64,000 nt of DNA, from NCBI GenBank assembly GCA_963816145.1, contig CAWFJP010000017.1:192001-256000 (forward strand). Reading direction: 5' to 3'. Made by a program: the position numbers and the translations under genes. How positions within the stretch are numbered: the stretch's first letter is position 1; every line of letters begins with the position of its first letter. The notes under the pieces were generated by a model. The model ran no database searches and was not told the DNA's origin. It saw nothing but the letters and a program-made list of their open reading frames with translations. Shown here piece by piece: positions 19,536 to 29,750 of the stretch. The stretch comes from an uncultured delta proteobacterium (GTDB taxonomy: Bacteria > Desulfobacterota > Binatia > UBA9968).

Positions 19536-20405
19536 TCAGATCAACCCGTCGTTGTAATTGCTCTTGGGCACAAAATTGAAAAAATGGCCCGATCCTTCGA
19601 TGATGCGCTGGGTGTGCGGCGTACCGGCAGAGATATTCACGCCTACCGGGCTTTCCACGACAACTTTCTCGTCACGGATCTGAAACTCGATTTTGAGCCC
19701 GGTTAGCTCCGGACCGGTGCCGATGGCGATATGCTGGGTGTCGCAGTTATGCGTGTGCATGTCGACGTAGTTCGCCTGCGACGGCTGGACATTCTGGACG
19801 CTGCGCACGACGGTGTAGAATCCCGCTTCCGGCTTCAGTCTGCCGTCGACGAATACGTAACGAATGCCGGGCGCGGCGTCAGTATGATACTTGATTTCCG
19901 TCGTCGGCCGCACTTCCGGATGGAAAATGTAGCCCGCGTATTTGGCAAAATCGCGCTCGCCTTTCGCTAGATCGAATGGCTTATCTTCATGGGTGTAACC
20001 GCGGTTGCGAAACAGCACGGTCACGGTGCCCGCGCCTTTAGTGACCTTGTACTCATGCACCGCGCCGGTGGGAATATACACGCATGCCGGCGCGATAATC
20101 TTATGAACCTTGCCTTCGAAAATGATCTGGCCTTCCAGGCCGGTAAGGTCGGGATTGTTGCCAATGAAGTAATAGAATTCATCGGTGTTATGGCAATGCG
20201 GCACCTGATAGTCGGGAACTTGCTCAGGCAGATTACTTGCTTCGTGAATCGCAACATAGATATCCGCCTCGGGATGGGAATCGCGATTGATAAAAACATG
20301 GCGCTTCACCGGCAACGCGGCAAGCTGGCGCAGCGGCCTTTTCTCTTCATGCTTGCCGCCGAGCATTCCGGGGCGCGCTTTTACTATGTAGTCGCTGATA
20401 GCCAT
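19536..20405 (-). CDS. Bicupin metal-binding protein
   Basis: Two cupin repeats: PHCHNTDE...VYIPTGAVH and MHTHNCDT...VNISAGTPH. Confidence 0.75.
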   Translation of the reverse strand: MAISDYIVKARPGMLGGKHEEKRPLRQLAALPVKRHVFINRDSHPEADIYVAIHEASNLPEQVPDYQVPHCHNTDEFYYFIGNNPDLTGLEGQIIFEGKVHKIIAPACVYIPTGAVHEYKVTKGAGTVTVLFRNRGYTHEDKPFDLAKGERDFAKYAGYIFHPEVRPTTEIKYHTDAAPGIRYVFVDGRLKPEAGFYTVVRSVQNVQPSQANYVDMHTHNCDTQHIAIGTGPELTGLKIEFQIRDEKVVVESPVGVNISAGTPHTQRIIEGSGHFFNFVPKSNYNDGLI

Positions 20406-20449
20406 TTTCTCTCCTTACTATTGCCTGTCGCCTAATGCCTATTGCCTTC

Positions 20450-21481
20450 TTATGACTCGCCCATGACTTTTTTCATCCTCTCAATAATATCCGCCGGCTG
20501 CTGAATCACTTCTTTGGCCAGCGCTTCGAGCTTCTCGCCGCTTATCGGATTGATTTCCCACTGCCGCTTCTTGGCTTCGGCGAGGAATTCCGGATCTTTC
20601 AGCATGTTCACATAGGCATCGCGGAGCAGCTTCACGCGATCCGGCGGAATTCCCGGCGTTGCCAAGATCGGCCGGCCGAACGCGCCGGGGCCCAGGACGA
20701 CTCGCGCCAAGCGTTTTTTGGCATCCATACCTTTTTCCTGGTCCATTAATTCCCAAATCGTCGGTGTATCGGGCAAGCGGTAGTTGCGCTTGTCGCCAGT
20801 TTGGACAAGGAATCTGACGAAGCCATTTTTCGCCCAAGTCTTGCCCGGCTCGCGACCGAAAAACGCGCTGATAGTCGTGCCGCGGCAGTGCACCTCGTTC
20901 TTTTCCACCGCGAGATCGACATCGGCGGCTCCCGGATAACCCGTAACCATCGTGAGCTTCACGGCGAAAACTTCCTCGAGCAATTTCGGAATGTAAAATC
21001 CCGTGCTGCCGACCCCCGAAGCGCCACAGCGTGGCGGGTCCGTAGCCTTGCGCAAATCCAGCAGCGTTTTGTACGGCTGATCCGAGCGCAGGAAAAACAG
21101 CTCGTCGTTTTCCTCCGGTGTGCCGATCCAGGTGAACTTCGCCCAATCGAACTGAACCTCTTTGCGTCCCAAGAGCTGGGCGAAATAAATCGGTGCCGTC
21201 ACCGCGCCGAGGGTCAAACCATCGGGTTTGGCAACGCTGTAAACATAGTTTGCCGCGGTGAGCGAGCCGCCGCCCGGCATGTTCTGGACGATGATCTCCG
21301 GTTTCCCGCTGATATGTTTTGGCAAATAATTGGCCACGACACGGGCATAGAGATCGCTCGCCGCACCGGCGGAAGCGCCGACGACGATCTTCATCTGCTT
21401 GCCTTTGAAGAAATCGCTCTGGGCTTGGGCGGCCGAAATGTGAACAATGGTGAACAACAGAAACAATAACAGGCGATCCAT
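20450..21481 (-). CDS. Bug/TctC-family substrate-binding protein
   Basis: FFKGKQMKIVVG, VQNMPGGGS, KPDGLT and RPILATPGIPPDRV motifs. Confidence 0.88.
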   Translation of the reverse strand: MDRLLLFLLFTIVHISAAQAQSDFFKGKQMKIVVGASAGAASDLYARVVANYLPKHISGKPEIIVQNMPGGGSLTAANYVYSVAKPDGLTLGAVTAPIYFAQLLGRKEVQFDWAKFTWIGTPEENDELFFLRSDQPYKTLLDLRKATDPPRCGASGVGSTGFYIPKLLEEVFAVKLTMVTGYPGAADVDLAVEKNEVHCRGTTISAFFGREPGKTWAKNGFVRFLVQTGDKRNYRLPDTPTIWELMDQEKGMDAKKRLARVVLGPGAFGRPILATPGIPPDRVKLLRDAYVNMLKDPEFLAEAKKRQWEINPISGEKLEALAKEVIQQPADIIERMKKVMGES

Positions 21482-21486
21482 ATTAA

Positions 21487-22404
21487 CTATCTCCGCTGGC
21501 GCCTGGGCGCATACCTCGCTTCCAATTTGCTCAGTTCGGTCATTCCGGTCGCATCCCAAGGGAGCTTCGCGCCGCCGGTAAAAGGTGTGTCCGGGTGTGA
21601 CTGGACAAACTCGTCCCAGGCGTTCATGTCTTTCTTTTTGAACTCCTGAAAGAAGGACCAGGCGGAAACTTTCAACACCTGGTCGGGTAGAAACGTGTAC
21701 CAGGCGGCGGTGAGCCCGAGCGCTCGATGCTCCGCCAAGGTCAGCGCCCGCGGTAACAGGCCTTTCATCGCTGAGAACGGGCCTTTGACGACTGTGCGTG
21801 CCCGTTTGATTTCCGCAATCGAATGGGGCGACTCGAACTGTACCCAGTCTGCGCCGCCGGCAGTCTCATAGAGCCGCAAACGTTTGAGCAGCTCCGCCAG
21901 GCCGCCGTTGACCGCATTGCGCGCGTAGCACTGAGCCATAATGACAAAATCGCGATCGATTTCATTCCTGGCGTCGACCGCGACACGATAGCGGGTGACT
22001 GCATCCGCGCGCGAGACGATTGAAATGCCCGCCGAGCCGGTGCGCCGCTTCTGGTCCAGGGGCTGGTCGTCGAGGCGCAGCCCGGCGAGCCCGGCGTCGA
22101 TACACTCGCGCACCAGCCGGCGCACCGCCATGATCCCGCCATGTCCGGTGTCGCCGTCGAGGATCACCGGGATTTTCACGGCCCGGGCAATCCATTTGGC
22201 AAACTCGACGCATTCGGTCATCGACAGAATGCCGAGGTCGGGCTGGCCGGTATAGTTGCCGCCGGTTATGCTGGTACCGACGAAGCAAGCTTCGATCCCG
22301 TTGGCCTCCATGATCTTGGCATGAAACGCATTGGGCGCGCCCAAGATCGCGAGGACCTCATTTTTGCGGCGCAGCAGTTGGCGCAGTTTCGTGCTCGCTT
22401 TCAT
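21487..22404 (-). CDS. Isocitrate lyase/PEP mutase superfamily enzyme with atypical active-site loop
   Basis: PVILDGDTGHG, AGLRLDDQ and GGADWV; the KxCGH loop is replaced by QKRRTG. Confidence 0.8.
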   Translation of the reverse strand: MKASTKLRQLLRRKNEVLAILGAPNAFHAKIMEANGIEACFVGTSITGGNYTGQPDLGILSMTECVEFAKWIARAVKIPVILDGDTGHGGIMAVRRLVRECIDAGLAGLRLDDQPLDQKRRTGSAGISIVSRADAVTRYRVAVDARNEIDRDFVIMAQCYARNAVNGGLAELLKRLRLYETAGGADWVQFESPHSIAEIKRARTVVKGPFSAMKGLLPRALTLAEHRALGLTAAWYTFLPDQVLKVSAWSFFQEFKKKDMNAWDEFVQSHPDTPFTGGAKLPWDATGMTELSKLEARYAPRRQRR

Positions 22405-23549
22405 GCCTCATACCGCCGGTAGTATTTTGCCGCGTTGTCCCAAAGCAGCTTGCGCATATGATCTTGCGGCAAATTCCAACCGAGCACGGTCTCGACGGCA
22501 ATCGGATACCAGCTCTCACCGTGGGGATAGTCGGAGCCGAACATCAAGATGTCGGGGCCCAGGAGATCGATGACGCTCCGGGTGATCGCTGCTCCTTCGG
22601 AAACCTCGATACTCTGAAAATAACGCCCGCCGGTGACGTAATCGTGAATCTTGTGCTGGAGCGGCGGCAGAGCTTCGGGACACAGCTTGGTATGCTCTTC
22701 CAAACGATTGACCCAGGACGGCAGCCAACCGTGACCTGCTTCCAGCGTGCCGACGCGAATCGTCGGGTAGCGGTCCATAATCCCGGCGCCGATGATCGAC
22801 GCCATGTTGCGTTCGCCGCACCATGGGTGCGCCGCCGACCGTTGCAGCCAGAGATTATCCCAGGAATCGAGCCCGCCGGGTGCATAGGGCGGCATGACTG
22901 TAAAAGTGTGCAGGGCAATCGACAGGTCGTAATCGGCCGCCGTCTTCCAAATGGGTTCCAAATCGGGATGATCGAGAGGAAATTGATACGGCGCGTAGAC
23001 GAATACCGCCAAAGGCCAGGATTCCTTCGCCGCGCGGTGCAATTCCGCCAGGGAAGCTTTGACATCGCGTGCGGCCACCAGAATCACGCCTTTCAAGCGG
23101 CTCGGGAACCCGGCGCAGTAGTGCGCCATCCAACGGTGGTAAGCTTCGTAAACTGCGGTTTCCAGGGCGACATCGTCAATCGTCGTCCAGCAACCGAACC
23201 AACCCGACGGCAGCATGAGATTGACATCGACGCCTTCGACATCCATGTCTTGAATGCGAATCGCCGGATCACGCTCGCAGAGAGGATTGGGTTTGCCGTG
23301 TTGATGGCGCTTGTAGCCGCTCATGTATTCGTTTGTTTGCGGCGCTGCGTCATGGGCTAAACCCAGCCGGCGCTTGTACGAGCGCTCACCCATCAAATAG
23401 GTCACCGCGCCATCTTTGTTCTTTGCCTTATACTTTTCGTACTGCGCGAGTTTCGCACGGGCGGCCGCCGTCAAATAGGGCTCCAAGAGGTCGGCGTCGG
23501 GTCTGACATGGGTATCGGCATCGAAGATCTTATAACCGTTGCGTGCCAT
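22401..23549 (-). CDS. Amidohydrolase_2 family metallo-enzyme
   Basis: DADTHV, DMDVEGVD, LEAGHGW and FGSDYPH motifs. Confidence 0.88.
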   Translation of the reverse strand: MARNGYKIFDADTHVRPDADLLEPYLTAAARAKLAQYEKYKAKNKDGAVTYLMGERSYKRRLGLAHDAAPQTNEYMSGYKRHQHGKPNPLCERDPAIRIQDMDVEGVDVNLMLPSGWFGCWTTIDDVALETAVYEAYHRWMAHYCAGFPSRLKGVILVAARDVKASLAELHRAAKESWPLAVFVYAPYQFPLDHPDLEPIWKTAADYDLSIALHTFTVMPPYAPGGLDSWDNLWLQRSAAHPWCGERNMASIIGAGIMDRYPTIRVGTLEAGHGWLPSWVNRLEEHTKLCPEALPPLQHKIHDYVTGGRYFQSIEVSEGAAITRSVIDLLGPDILMFGSDYPHGESWYPIAVETVLGWNLPQDHMRKLLWDNAAKYYRRYEA

Positions 23550-23707
23550 CGGCGGCTCCTTGTTGGGCGTGCAATAACTAGCACAGCGGGAGCCCTCGGC
23601 GCTAGTCGCAAGGCCGGGAGGTCCGGCCTTTTCCACGAGTTTGAATTGTTGACTTCCCCCTATGAACATGATTTTTTCTGAAGTTCTGAAATCGAACGGA
23701 GGATCTG

Positions 23708-25180
23708 ATGGCGAAAATGCTCATTGCCAGCGAGTTGGTGGACTCGGAAAGTAAAGAAACCACGACAATCAAGAACCCGGCGACCGGCGAAGTCGTCGAT
23801 AACGTTCCCAAGGGAACCATTAATGACATCCGGCGCGCCATCGACGCCGCCAAGGGCGCGTTAAAAAAATGGTCCACCATGGCGCCGTCCAAGCGTGGCG
23901 CAGTGTTGCTCGCCGCGGGCCACACGATTCTCCAGCGGGAAAAAGAGCTCGCCACCATGCTCACCAAAGAGCAGGGCAAGCCGATGCGCGAGTCGATCCT
24001 GGAAATTCGCCGCTTCGTTCACACCCTTGATCATTACGGCGGCATGGCCAAAACCATGCGTACCAGCGCGGTCATGCTCGATACCGGCCGCCACGGCCTG
24101 GTTATGCGCAAACCCTTGGGCGTCTGCGGATCCATCGTCCCTTGGAATTTCCCGGTTTCTTTAATGGGCAACAAGCTCGGTCCAGCGCTGCTCGCTGGCA
24201 ACTGTGTCGTCGTCAAACCGGCCGGCACCACGCCGCTCACCGATCTCGCCACCTGCGAGATCATCGATAAGGCGATCCAAGAAGCTGGCGGGCCCAAAGG
24301 GGTTTTGAATTGCGTCACCGGCCCTGGCAGCGTGGTCGGCGAAGAATTGCTGGTGAACCCAACCGTTCGGAAGATCGGCTTCACCGGCGCTACCGACACG
24401 GGCCGCCGGGTCATGCAGTCGGCCGCCGCCGACTTCAAGCATGTTACCTTGGAATTGGGCGGCAGCGATCCGATGATCGTTTGCGACGATGCCGATATCG
24501 ATCGCGCCGTCAGTGCCGCGTCCGTCGGTCGCTTCTTTAACTGCGGCCAGGCCTGTTTGGCCGTGAAGCGGCTTTACCTGTTCGACAGCATCGCTGACGA
24601 CTTCATCGCCAAACTCGCCGAGAAGGCGAAAAAGATCAGCGTGGGCAACGGTCTAAAACCCGGCGTTTTGATGGGCCCGCTGCACACCAAAGAGCAACGC
24701 CAAGAAGTCGAGGAGCAGGTCGAAGACGCGGTCAAACGCGGTGGTAAACTGGTTTTCGGCGGCAAACGTCCCGCTGGCGACGATTTTGACAAAGGTTTTT
24801 ACTTGCAGCCGACTATCGTCGCTGACGTCGATCCGGCCTCGCGCATGATCCAAGAGGAAGTATTCGGTCCCGCGCTGCCCATCGTGCGTGTCAAAACTCT
24901 CGACCAGGCGATCGAACACGCCAACAGCTCGATCTTCGGTCTGGGCTCGTCGATCTGGACCCGCGATATCAACCGCGCCATGTACGGCGCGGAGAACATC
25001 GAAGCTGGTTACACCTGGGTCAACTCGGCGCAGATCATCTATGACGAACTGCCCTTCGGCGGCGTCAAGCAGAGCGGTCTGGGCAAAGAGCATGGCGACG
25101 AGGCGATCGAGCATTACACCGATTCGAAATCGGTCGTCATCGCCACCGACGTCGGCGGCGAGATTATCGGCGGAGAGTAG
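23708..25180 (+). CDS. NAD(P)-dependent aldehyde dehydrogenase
   Basis: PWNFP, FTGAT, LELGG, FFNCGQAC, EEVFGP and PFGGVKQSG motifs. Confidence 0.95.
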   Translation: MAKMLIASELVDSESKETTTIKNPATGEVVDNVPKGTINDIRRAIDAAKGALKKWSTMAPSKRGAVLLAAGHTILQREKELATMLTKEQGKPMRESILEIRRFVHTLDHYGGMAKTMRTSAVMLDTGRHGLVMRKPLGVCGSIVPWNFPVSLMGNKLGPALLAGNCVVVKPAGTTPLTDLATCEIIDKAIQEAGGPKGVLNCVTGPGSVVGEELLVNPTVRKIGFTGATDTGRRVMQSAAADFKHVTLELGGSDPMIVCDDADIDRAVSAASVGRFFNCGQACLAVKRLYLFDSIADDFIAKLAEKAKKISVGNGLKPGVLMGPLHTKEQRQEVEEQVEDAVKRGGKLVFGGKRPAGDDFDKGFYLQPTIVADVDPASRMIQEEVFGPALPIVRVKTLDQAIEHANSSIFGLGSSIWTRDINRAMYGAENIEAGYTWVNSAQIIYDELPFGGVKQSGLGKEHGDEAIEHYTDSKSVVIATDVGGEIIGGE

Positions 25181-25231
25181 GGGCCTCGAAGACCATTACA
25201 GATTCCAAATTGGGAATCTGGAATTGTGACC

Positions 25232-26776
25232 ATGAATGTAGAGCTGCCTGACATCTACAACGCTGCCACGACCTTCGTTGATGAAAACATCAAGCAAGGC
25301 CGTGGCGGCAAAGTCGCGATCTACTACCAAGATCAAACGATCACTTACCAAGAAGTTTTCGAATACGTTAACCGCACCGGCAATGCGCTGAAGGATCTTG
25401 GCATCGAGATCGAGAATCGCGTGCTGGTGATCTTGCCGGACTCGCCCGAGTTCGCATATTCCTTCTTTGGCGCGATCAAGATTGGCGCCGTCGCCGTGCC
25501 GACCAATCCTTGGATGTTCGCCAAGGACTACGAATACTTAATCAATGACAGCCGCGCCCGCGCCATCATCGTCCATGAATCGGCTCTGCCCGAGATCGAA
25601 AAGATCTGGGATCATACGCCCTTTCTAAAGCACGTCATCGTCGTCGGCACGCCCAAGGGCAGGGCGTTGTCCTACGAGAGTTTGATCGCTAAAGCGTCGG
25701 ACAAACTCGATGCCGCGAAAACCTCGAGGGACGATGTCTGCTTTTGGGGCTACACCTCCGGCAGCACAGGCAACCCCAAGGGCGCGGTGCATTTGCAGCA
25801 TGACATGATCACGATCAGCGATCTGTTCGTCGCGCCGGTGCTGCAGATGAAAGAGGCCGACCTGTGCTTTTCAGCATCGAAAATGTTTTTTTCCTACGGC
25901 TTGGGGAATTCGCTCTATTTCCCCTTCCGTTTCGGCGCCTCCACCGTGCTCTGGCCGGAGAAGCCGGAGCCGGAAAAGATTCTCCAGGTCATCGAAAAAT
26001 ACCAGCCGACCTTCTTTTTCTCGGTGCCGACGCTGTTCGCCCGCTTCCTGCGCATCGACAAAAAATACGATCTGAGTTCGCTGCGGATCTGCTTGTCCTC
26101 TGGCGAACCGCTGCCGCCCTCGCTGTTTTACCATTGGAAGGAACGCACCGGCATGGAGTTGCTCGACGTCGTCGGCTCCACCGAGGCGACCCATGATTTC
26201 TTGGCCAATCGGCCGGGGCGGGCGAAGGCCGGCAGTAGCGGCGAAGTGACGCCGGCATTCGAAGCGAAGATTGTCGATGACGAGGGGCGTGAAGTACCGA
26301 TCGGCGAAGTCGGCAATTTGATGGTCAAAGGTGATGCCACCGCGCCGTACTACTGGAACAAGCATGAACAAACCAAGCGCATGATGCAGGGAGAATGGCT
26401 CAAGACCGGCGACACCTACTATCGCGACATAGAAGGCTACTATTGGTACTGCGGCCGCTCGGATGACATGATGAAAGTCGGCGGTCTGTGGGTTTCACCG
26501 ATCGAAATCGAAAATATTTTGATGGAACATCCGGCGGTGCTCGAAACCGCCGTGGTAAGCGACGTGGATGCCGATGGTCTACTCAAGCCCAAAGCCTATA
26601 TTCTGCTCAAGAGCGAATACCAAGCCAGCGACCCGTTGAAGGTCGAGTTGCAAAATCACGTCAAGTCCAAATTACAACCCTATAAATATCCGCGCTGGAT
26701 CGAGTTCGTCGACGACTTACCGAAGACCGTGACCGGAAAGATTCAAAGATTTCGCCTGCGCACCTACAAAACCTGA
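25232..26776 (+). CDS. Benzoate-CoA ligase family aromatic acid-CoA ligase
   Basis: YTSGSTGNPKGAVH, SKMFFSYGLGNS, GSTE, TGD, GRSDDMMKVGG and PKTVTGKIQRF motifs. Confidence 0.9.
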   Translation: MNVELPDIYNAATTFVDENIKQGRGGKVAIYYQDQTITYQEVFEYVNRTGNALKDLGIEIENRVLVILPDSPEFAYSFFGAIKIGAVAVPTNPWMFAKDYEYLINDSRARAIIVHESALPEIEKIWDHTPFLKHVIVVGTPKGRALSYESLIAKASDKLDAAKTSRDDVCFWGYTSGSTGNPKGAVHLQHDMITISDLFVAPVLQMKEADLCFSASKMFFSYGLGNSLYFPFRFGASTVLWPEKPEPEKILQVIEKYQPTFFFSVPTLFARFLRIDKKYDLSSLRICLSSGEPLPPSLFYHWKERTGMELLDVVGSTEATHDFLANRPGRAKAGSSGEVTPAFEAKIVDDEGREVPIGEVGNLMVKGDATAPYYWNKHEQTKRMMQGEWLKTGDTYYRDIEGYYWYCGRSDDMMKVGGLWVSPIEIENILMEHPAVLETAVVSDVDADGLLKPKAYILLKSEYQASDPLKVELQNHVKSKLQPYKYPRWIEFVDDLPKTVTGKIQRFRLRTYKT

Positions 26777-26833
26777 CGATCGATCTTCGATCCTCCATCA
26801 ATTAACTTCGACAATCTCTGACAAGGAGTAACC

Positions 26834-27544
26834 ATGGCCGCCAGCATCAAAGAACTTAAAGAGAATCTCGCGTACTCCTGCAATATCCTGGCGAACGAAG
26901 GTCACTGGGACAACATCCTCGGCCATGTGTCGGTTAGGGTGCCAGGGCAAAACAAGATTCTCATGAAGCCGCATAGCTTTGGCTTCGAAGAAATCCGCCC
27001 GCAGCATATCATCGTCGTCGATATCGAAACCGGCAAAAAGACCGAAGGTAAATACGAACGCCACTCCGAAGTCTTCATTCATACCGAAATCATGAAAGCA
27101 CGCAAGGATGTCAATTGCGTGGTGCACTCCCATCCGCCTTATGCGACGGCTTTCGGCGCTCTCGGCCAAAAACTCCGGCCGATCAGCCACGAAGGAAATA
27201 TCTTCTACGAAGGACTGCCCACATTCGATTATACGACAGCGCTCATCCGCACTCCGGAATTAGGTGTTGAAGTCGCGAAGAGTCTCGGCAACTGCCGCGG
27301 CTTATTGATGAAAAACCACGGCACGACCGTTGTTGGGCCGACCATTGAAGTGGCGACGCTGTACGCCGTCTTTTTGGAAAAAGCTGCGCGCATTCAACTG
27401 ATGGCGACCGCGTCCGGCGATCCCTCCTGGACCAGCGATGCCGAAGCGGCGGTCAAATACGAGCAAATCTATACGCCGCACCGATTGGATTCGATGTGGG
27501 AATATTTTGTGCGCCGCGCCAAGAAGTTCCGCAAGTCGAGCTAA
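26834..27544 (+). CDS. Class II aldolase/adducin family protein
   Basis: GHVSVR, SEVFIH, VVHSHP and LMKNHG motifs. Confidence 0.88.
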   Translation: MAASIKELKENLAYSCNILANEGHWDNILGHVSVRVPGQNKILMKPHSFGFEEIRPQHIIVVDIETGKKTEGKYERHSEVFIHTEIMKARKDVNCVVHSHPPYATAFGALGQKLRPISHEGNIFYEGLPTFDYTTALIRTPELGVEVAKSLGNCRGLLMKNHGTTVVGPTIEVATLYAVFLEKAARIQLMATASGDPSWTSDAEAAVKYEQIYTPHRLDSMWEYFVRRAKKFRKSS

Positions 27545-27617
27545 CGTTCCAAGGCGAAAATTAACCGAACCGCGCCTGCGTACTTTCAGGCGCTGCAGTT
27601 GTAACCGAGGGCTCGGC

Positions 27618-28586
27618 TCACTTGCCGCCAGCCTTCTTATCCAGCTCAGCGACAAAGCGCATATCCATCATGTCCTCGGGCTTGATTCTTTTCGCCGCCG
27701 GATCTTTGCTCGCAATTTCAGCGAGCACGGCTTCCAGACCTTTGCTGCTAACGTAAGGCGGATACTCCAAGTATTCGCGAAACTGGCTATACGTGTCATC
27801 CTGGATCTCGGGGTCACTCACTTTAAGTTGCCTTTGAATCATCCTGAGCGCGGCGGCTTTATTGGATTTGAACACCTGCACGCCCTCGGCATAGGCGCGC
27901 ACGACGCGCCGAACGATATCTTCGTTGGCCGTGATGTAGGATCGGCTGGTGCCGACGGCAACGGAGACAAACTCCGGACCTTCTTTGGCGATGTTCATCA
28001 GCTCCACGAATCCCGACCGCTTGGCTCTCGCATTCGTCGGCGGAGACATGACGCCGGCGTCGATTTGGCCGGCCGCCAGGGCTGTGTAGATATTCGGCAC
28101 TTCGAGTAACGGCAAAATCTGGTAGTCCGCCGGCTTCAATCCCGCCGAGCCAAGCGCGTAGAGCGCCGAAGTGTGTGTCGAAGAACCTACCCGCGTGATA
28201 CCAATCTTCTTGCCGCGCAAATCGGTAATCCGTTTGAACTCAGGTTTGGCCATCAGGGAAAAAACCTGGCGATTGGTCGCGCCCGCGACGAAGGCGATGT
28301 TGGCTCCCTTCAGGTTGGCCTGCGCAGCGTTAGAGCCATCCATAAAGGAAAATGCGATTTCACCGGCGAGAATCGCTTGGATTCCGCGCGAGCTTGAAGC
28401 GATGTGGATAAGTTCGACATCCAGCCCGTTTTTCTTAAACAGCCCTTCCTGCTGCGCCATAAACATGCCGCTCTGCGCCCCAGTAACTGCCGTCCAGTTG
28501 ATCCGCACCGGTATTTGCGCCCCGACCGGAGCGGACAACAACACGATCATGCCAACCACTGCCAGTCTTAATATCGTCCCCAGCAT
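27618..28586 (-). CDS. NitT/TauT-family ABC substrate-binding protein
   Basis: Signal peptide; EGLFKKNGLDVE and DLRGKKIGITRVGS motifs. Confidence 0.85.
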   Translation of the reverse strand: MLGTILRLAVVGMIVLLSAPVGAQIPVRINWTAVTGAQSGMFMAQQEGLFKKNGLDVELIHIASSSRGIQAILAGEIAFSFMDGSNAAQANLKGANIAFVAGATNRQVFSLMAKPEFKRITDLRGKKIGITRVGSSTHTSALYALGSAGLKPADYQILPLLEVPNIYTALAAGQIDAGVMSPPTNARAKRSGFVELMNIAKEGPEFVSVAVGTSRSYITANEDIVRRVVRAYAEGVQVFKSNKAAALRMIQRQLKVSDPEIQDDTYSQFREYLEYPPYVSSKGLEAVLAEIASKDPAAKRIKPEDMMDMRFVAELDKKAGGK

Positions 28587-28695
28587 AGCTTCTCCTTGTT
28601 CTAAAAATAACCTTATAAAGTCGTATCAGGGTAACAATTCAATCTGTTAATTCAACCATTTGGCATGACCGGTAAAGCGTGCTAGATAACCGCCC

Positions 28696-29661
28696 ATGAG
28701 TAAAAAAGTCCATCTTACTTTGGCGGTCGGCGACTATGAAAGTATCCGTGCACTCAAAGAAGGCACGGTGGAAGCCGATGGCATCGAGCTAACCGTGATC
28801 ACCGACATGACTTCCGACATCCGCCACTGGCGAATGCTGCGCAACCGCGAGTTCGATTGCGCCGAGTTGTCGATGTCTAATTATTTGATGGCCAAATACA
28901 CCGGTCTGCCGTTCGTCGCGATTCCGGTATTTCTCCATCGCCGTTTTCGCCACGGCTTTGTGTTTTTAAACGCCAATAAAGGCATCACCAAACCCAGCGA
29001 TCTGATTGGCCGCAAAGTCGGCCTGCGTAATTTCCAAGCAACGGCGAACCTCTGGATTCGCGGCATTTTGGAACATGAGCATGGCGTGCCTCACCGGAGT
29101 TTAAACTGGCTTAAGCAAGACGAGGAGGAGGTCGACTGGACGCCGCCGCCGGATTTGAAAATCCAACGCATCCCGGCCGGAAAAAACATCGACAAGATGC
29201 TGGTCGAAGGCGAGATCGACGCCTTGATCCATCCGGAGTTAATTCAAGCGATCCTCGACAAAGACCCACGGGTTACCCGCCTGTTCCCTAACTATCGCGA
29301 AATGGAAATGGACTATTTCAAACGCACCGGGATTTTCCCGATCATGCATACAACCGCGATAAAGCAGGAGATCGTCGATAAATATCCCTGGGTGCCGATC
29401 AATTTGTACCAAGCACTCGAAGCATCGAAGAAGGCCGCCTACAAACGCATGGAGAATCCCCGCATCGTGCCGCTCGCCTGGTTCCGTTCCTTCCTGGAAG
29501 AACAGGAGGAAGTGCTCGGTCCCGATCCCTGGGTTTACGGCCTAGGTGACGTCAATCGCAAGGCGCTCGAAACCTTGATGCTTTATTCTCAAGAACAGGG
29601 TTTGATCGGGCGCAAGATGGGATTGGACGAACTGTTCATCAACACAGAGGCGCACTCGTAG
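28696..29661 (+). CDS. 4,5-dihydroxyphthalate decarboxylase (Pht5)-like protein
   Basis: LTLAVGDYE, EFDCAELSMS, IPVFLHRRFRH, WIRGIL and TGIFPIMH; no signal peptide. Confidence 0.8.
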   Translation: MSKKVHLTLAVGDYESIRALKEGTVEADGIELTVITDMTSDIRHWRMLRNREFDCAELSMSNYLMAKYTGLPFVAIPVFLHRRFRHGFVFLNANKGITKPSDLIGRKVGLRNFQATANLWIRGILEHEHGVPHRSLNWLKQDEEEVDWTPPPDLKIQRIPAGKNIDKMLVEGEIDALIHPELIQAILDKDPRVTRLFPNYREMEMDYFKRTGIFPIMHTTAIKQEIVDKYPWVPINLYQALEASKKAAYKRMENPRIVPLAWFRSFLEEQEEVLGPDPWVYGLGDVNRKALETLMLYSQEQGLIGRKMGLDELFINTEAHS

Positions 29662-29663
29662 TC

Positions 29664-29750
29664 ATGGAAGCGGCGATCGTCGCTGGCGCGGGCATTGGGC
29701 TGCGAAGGTTATGCCGTCGGCCTCTTTTCGCGCCATGCCGAATCGAGCGA
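29664..29750 (+). pseudogene. N-terminal remnant of a short-chain dehydrogenase
   Basis: MEAAIVAGAGIGL, then shifted frame EGYAVGLFSRHAES: a Rossmann GxGxG start with an internal deletion, then truncation. Confidence 0.5.
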
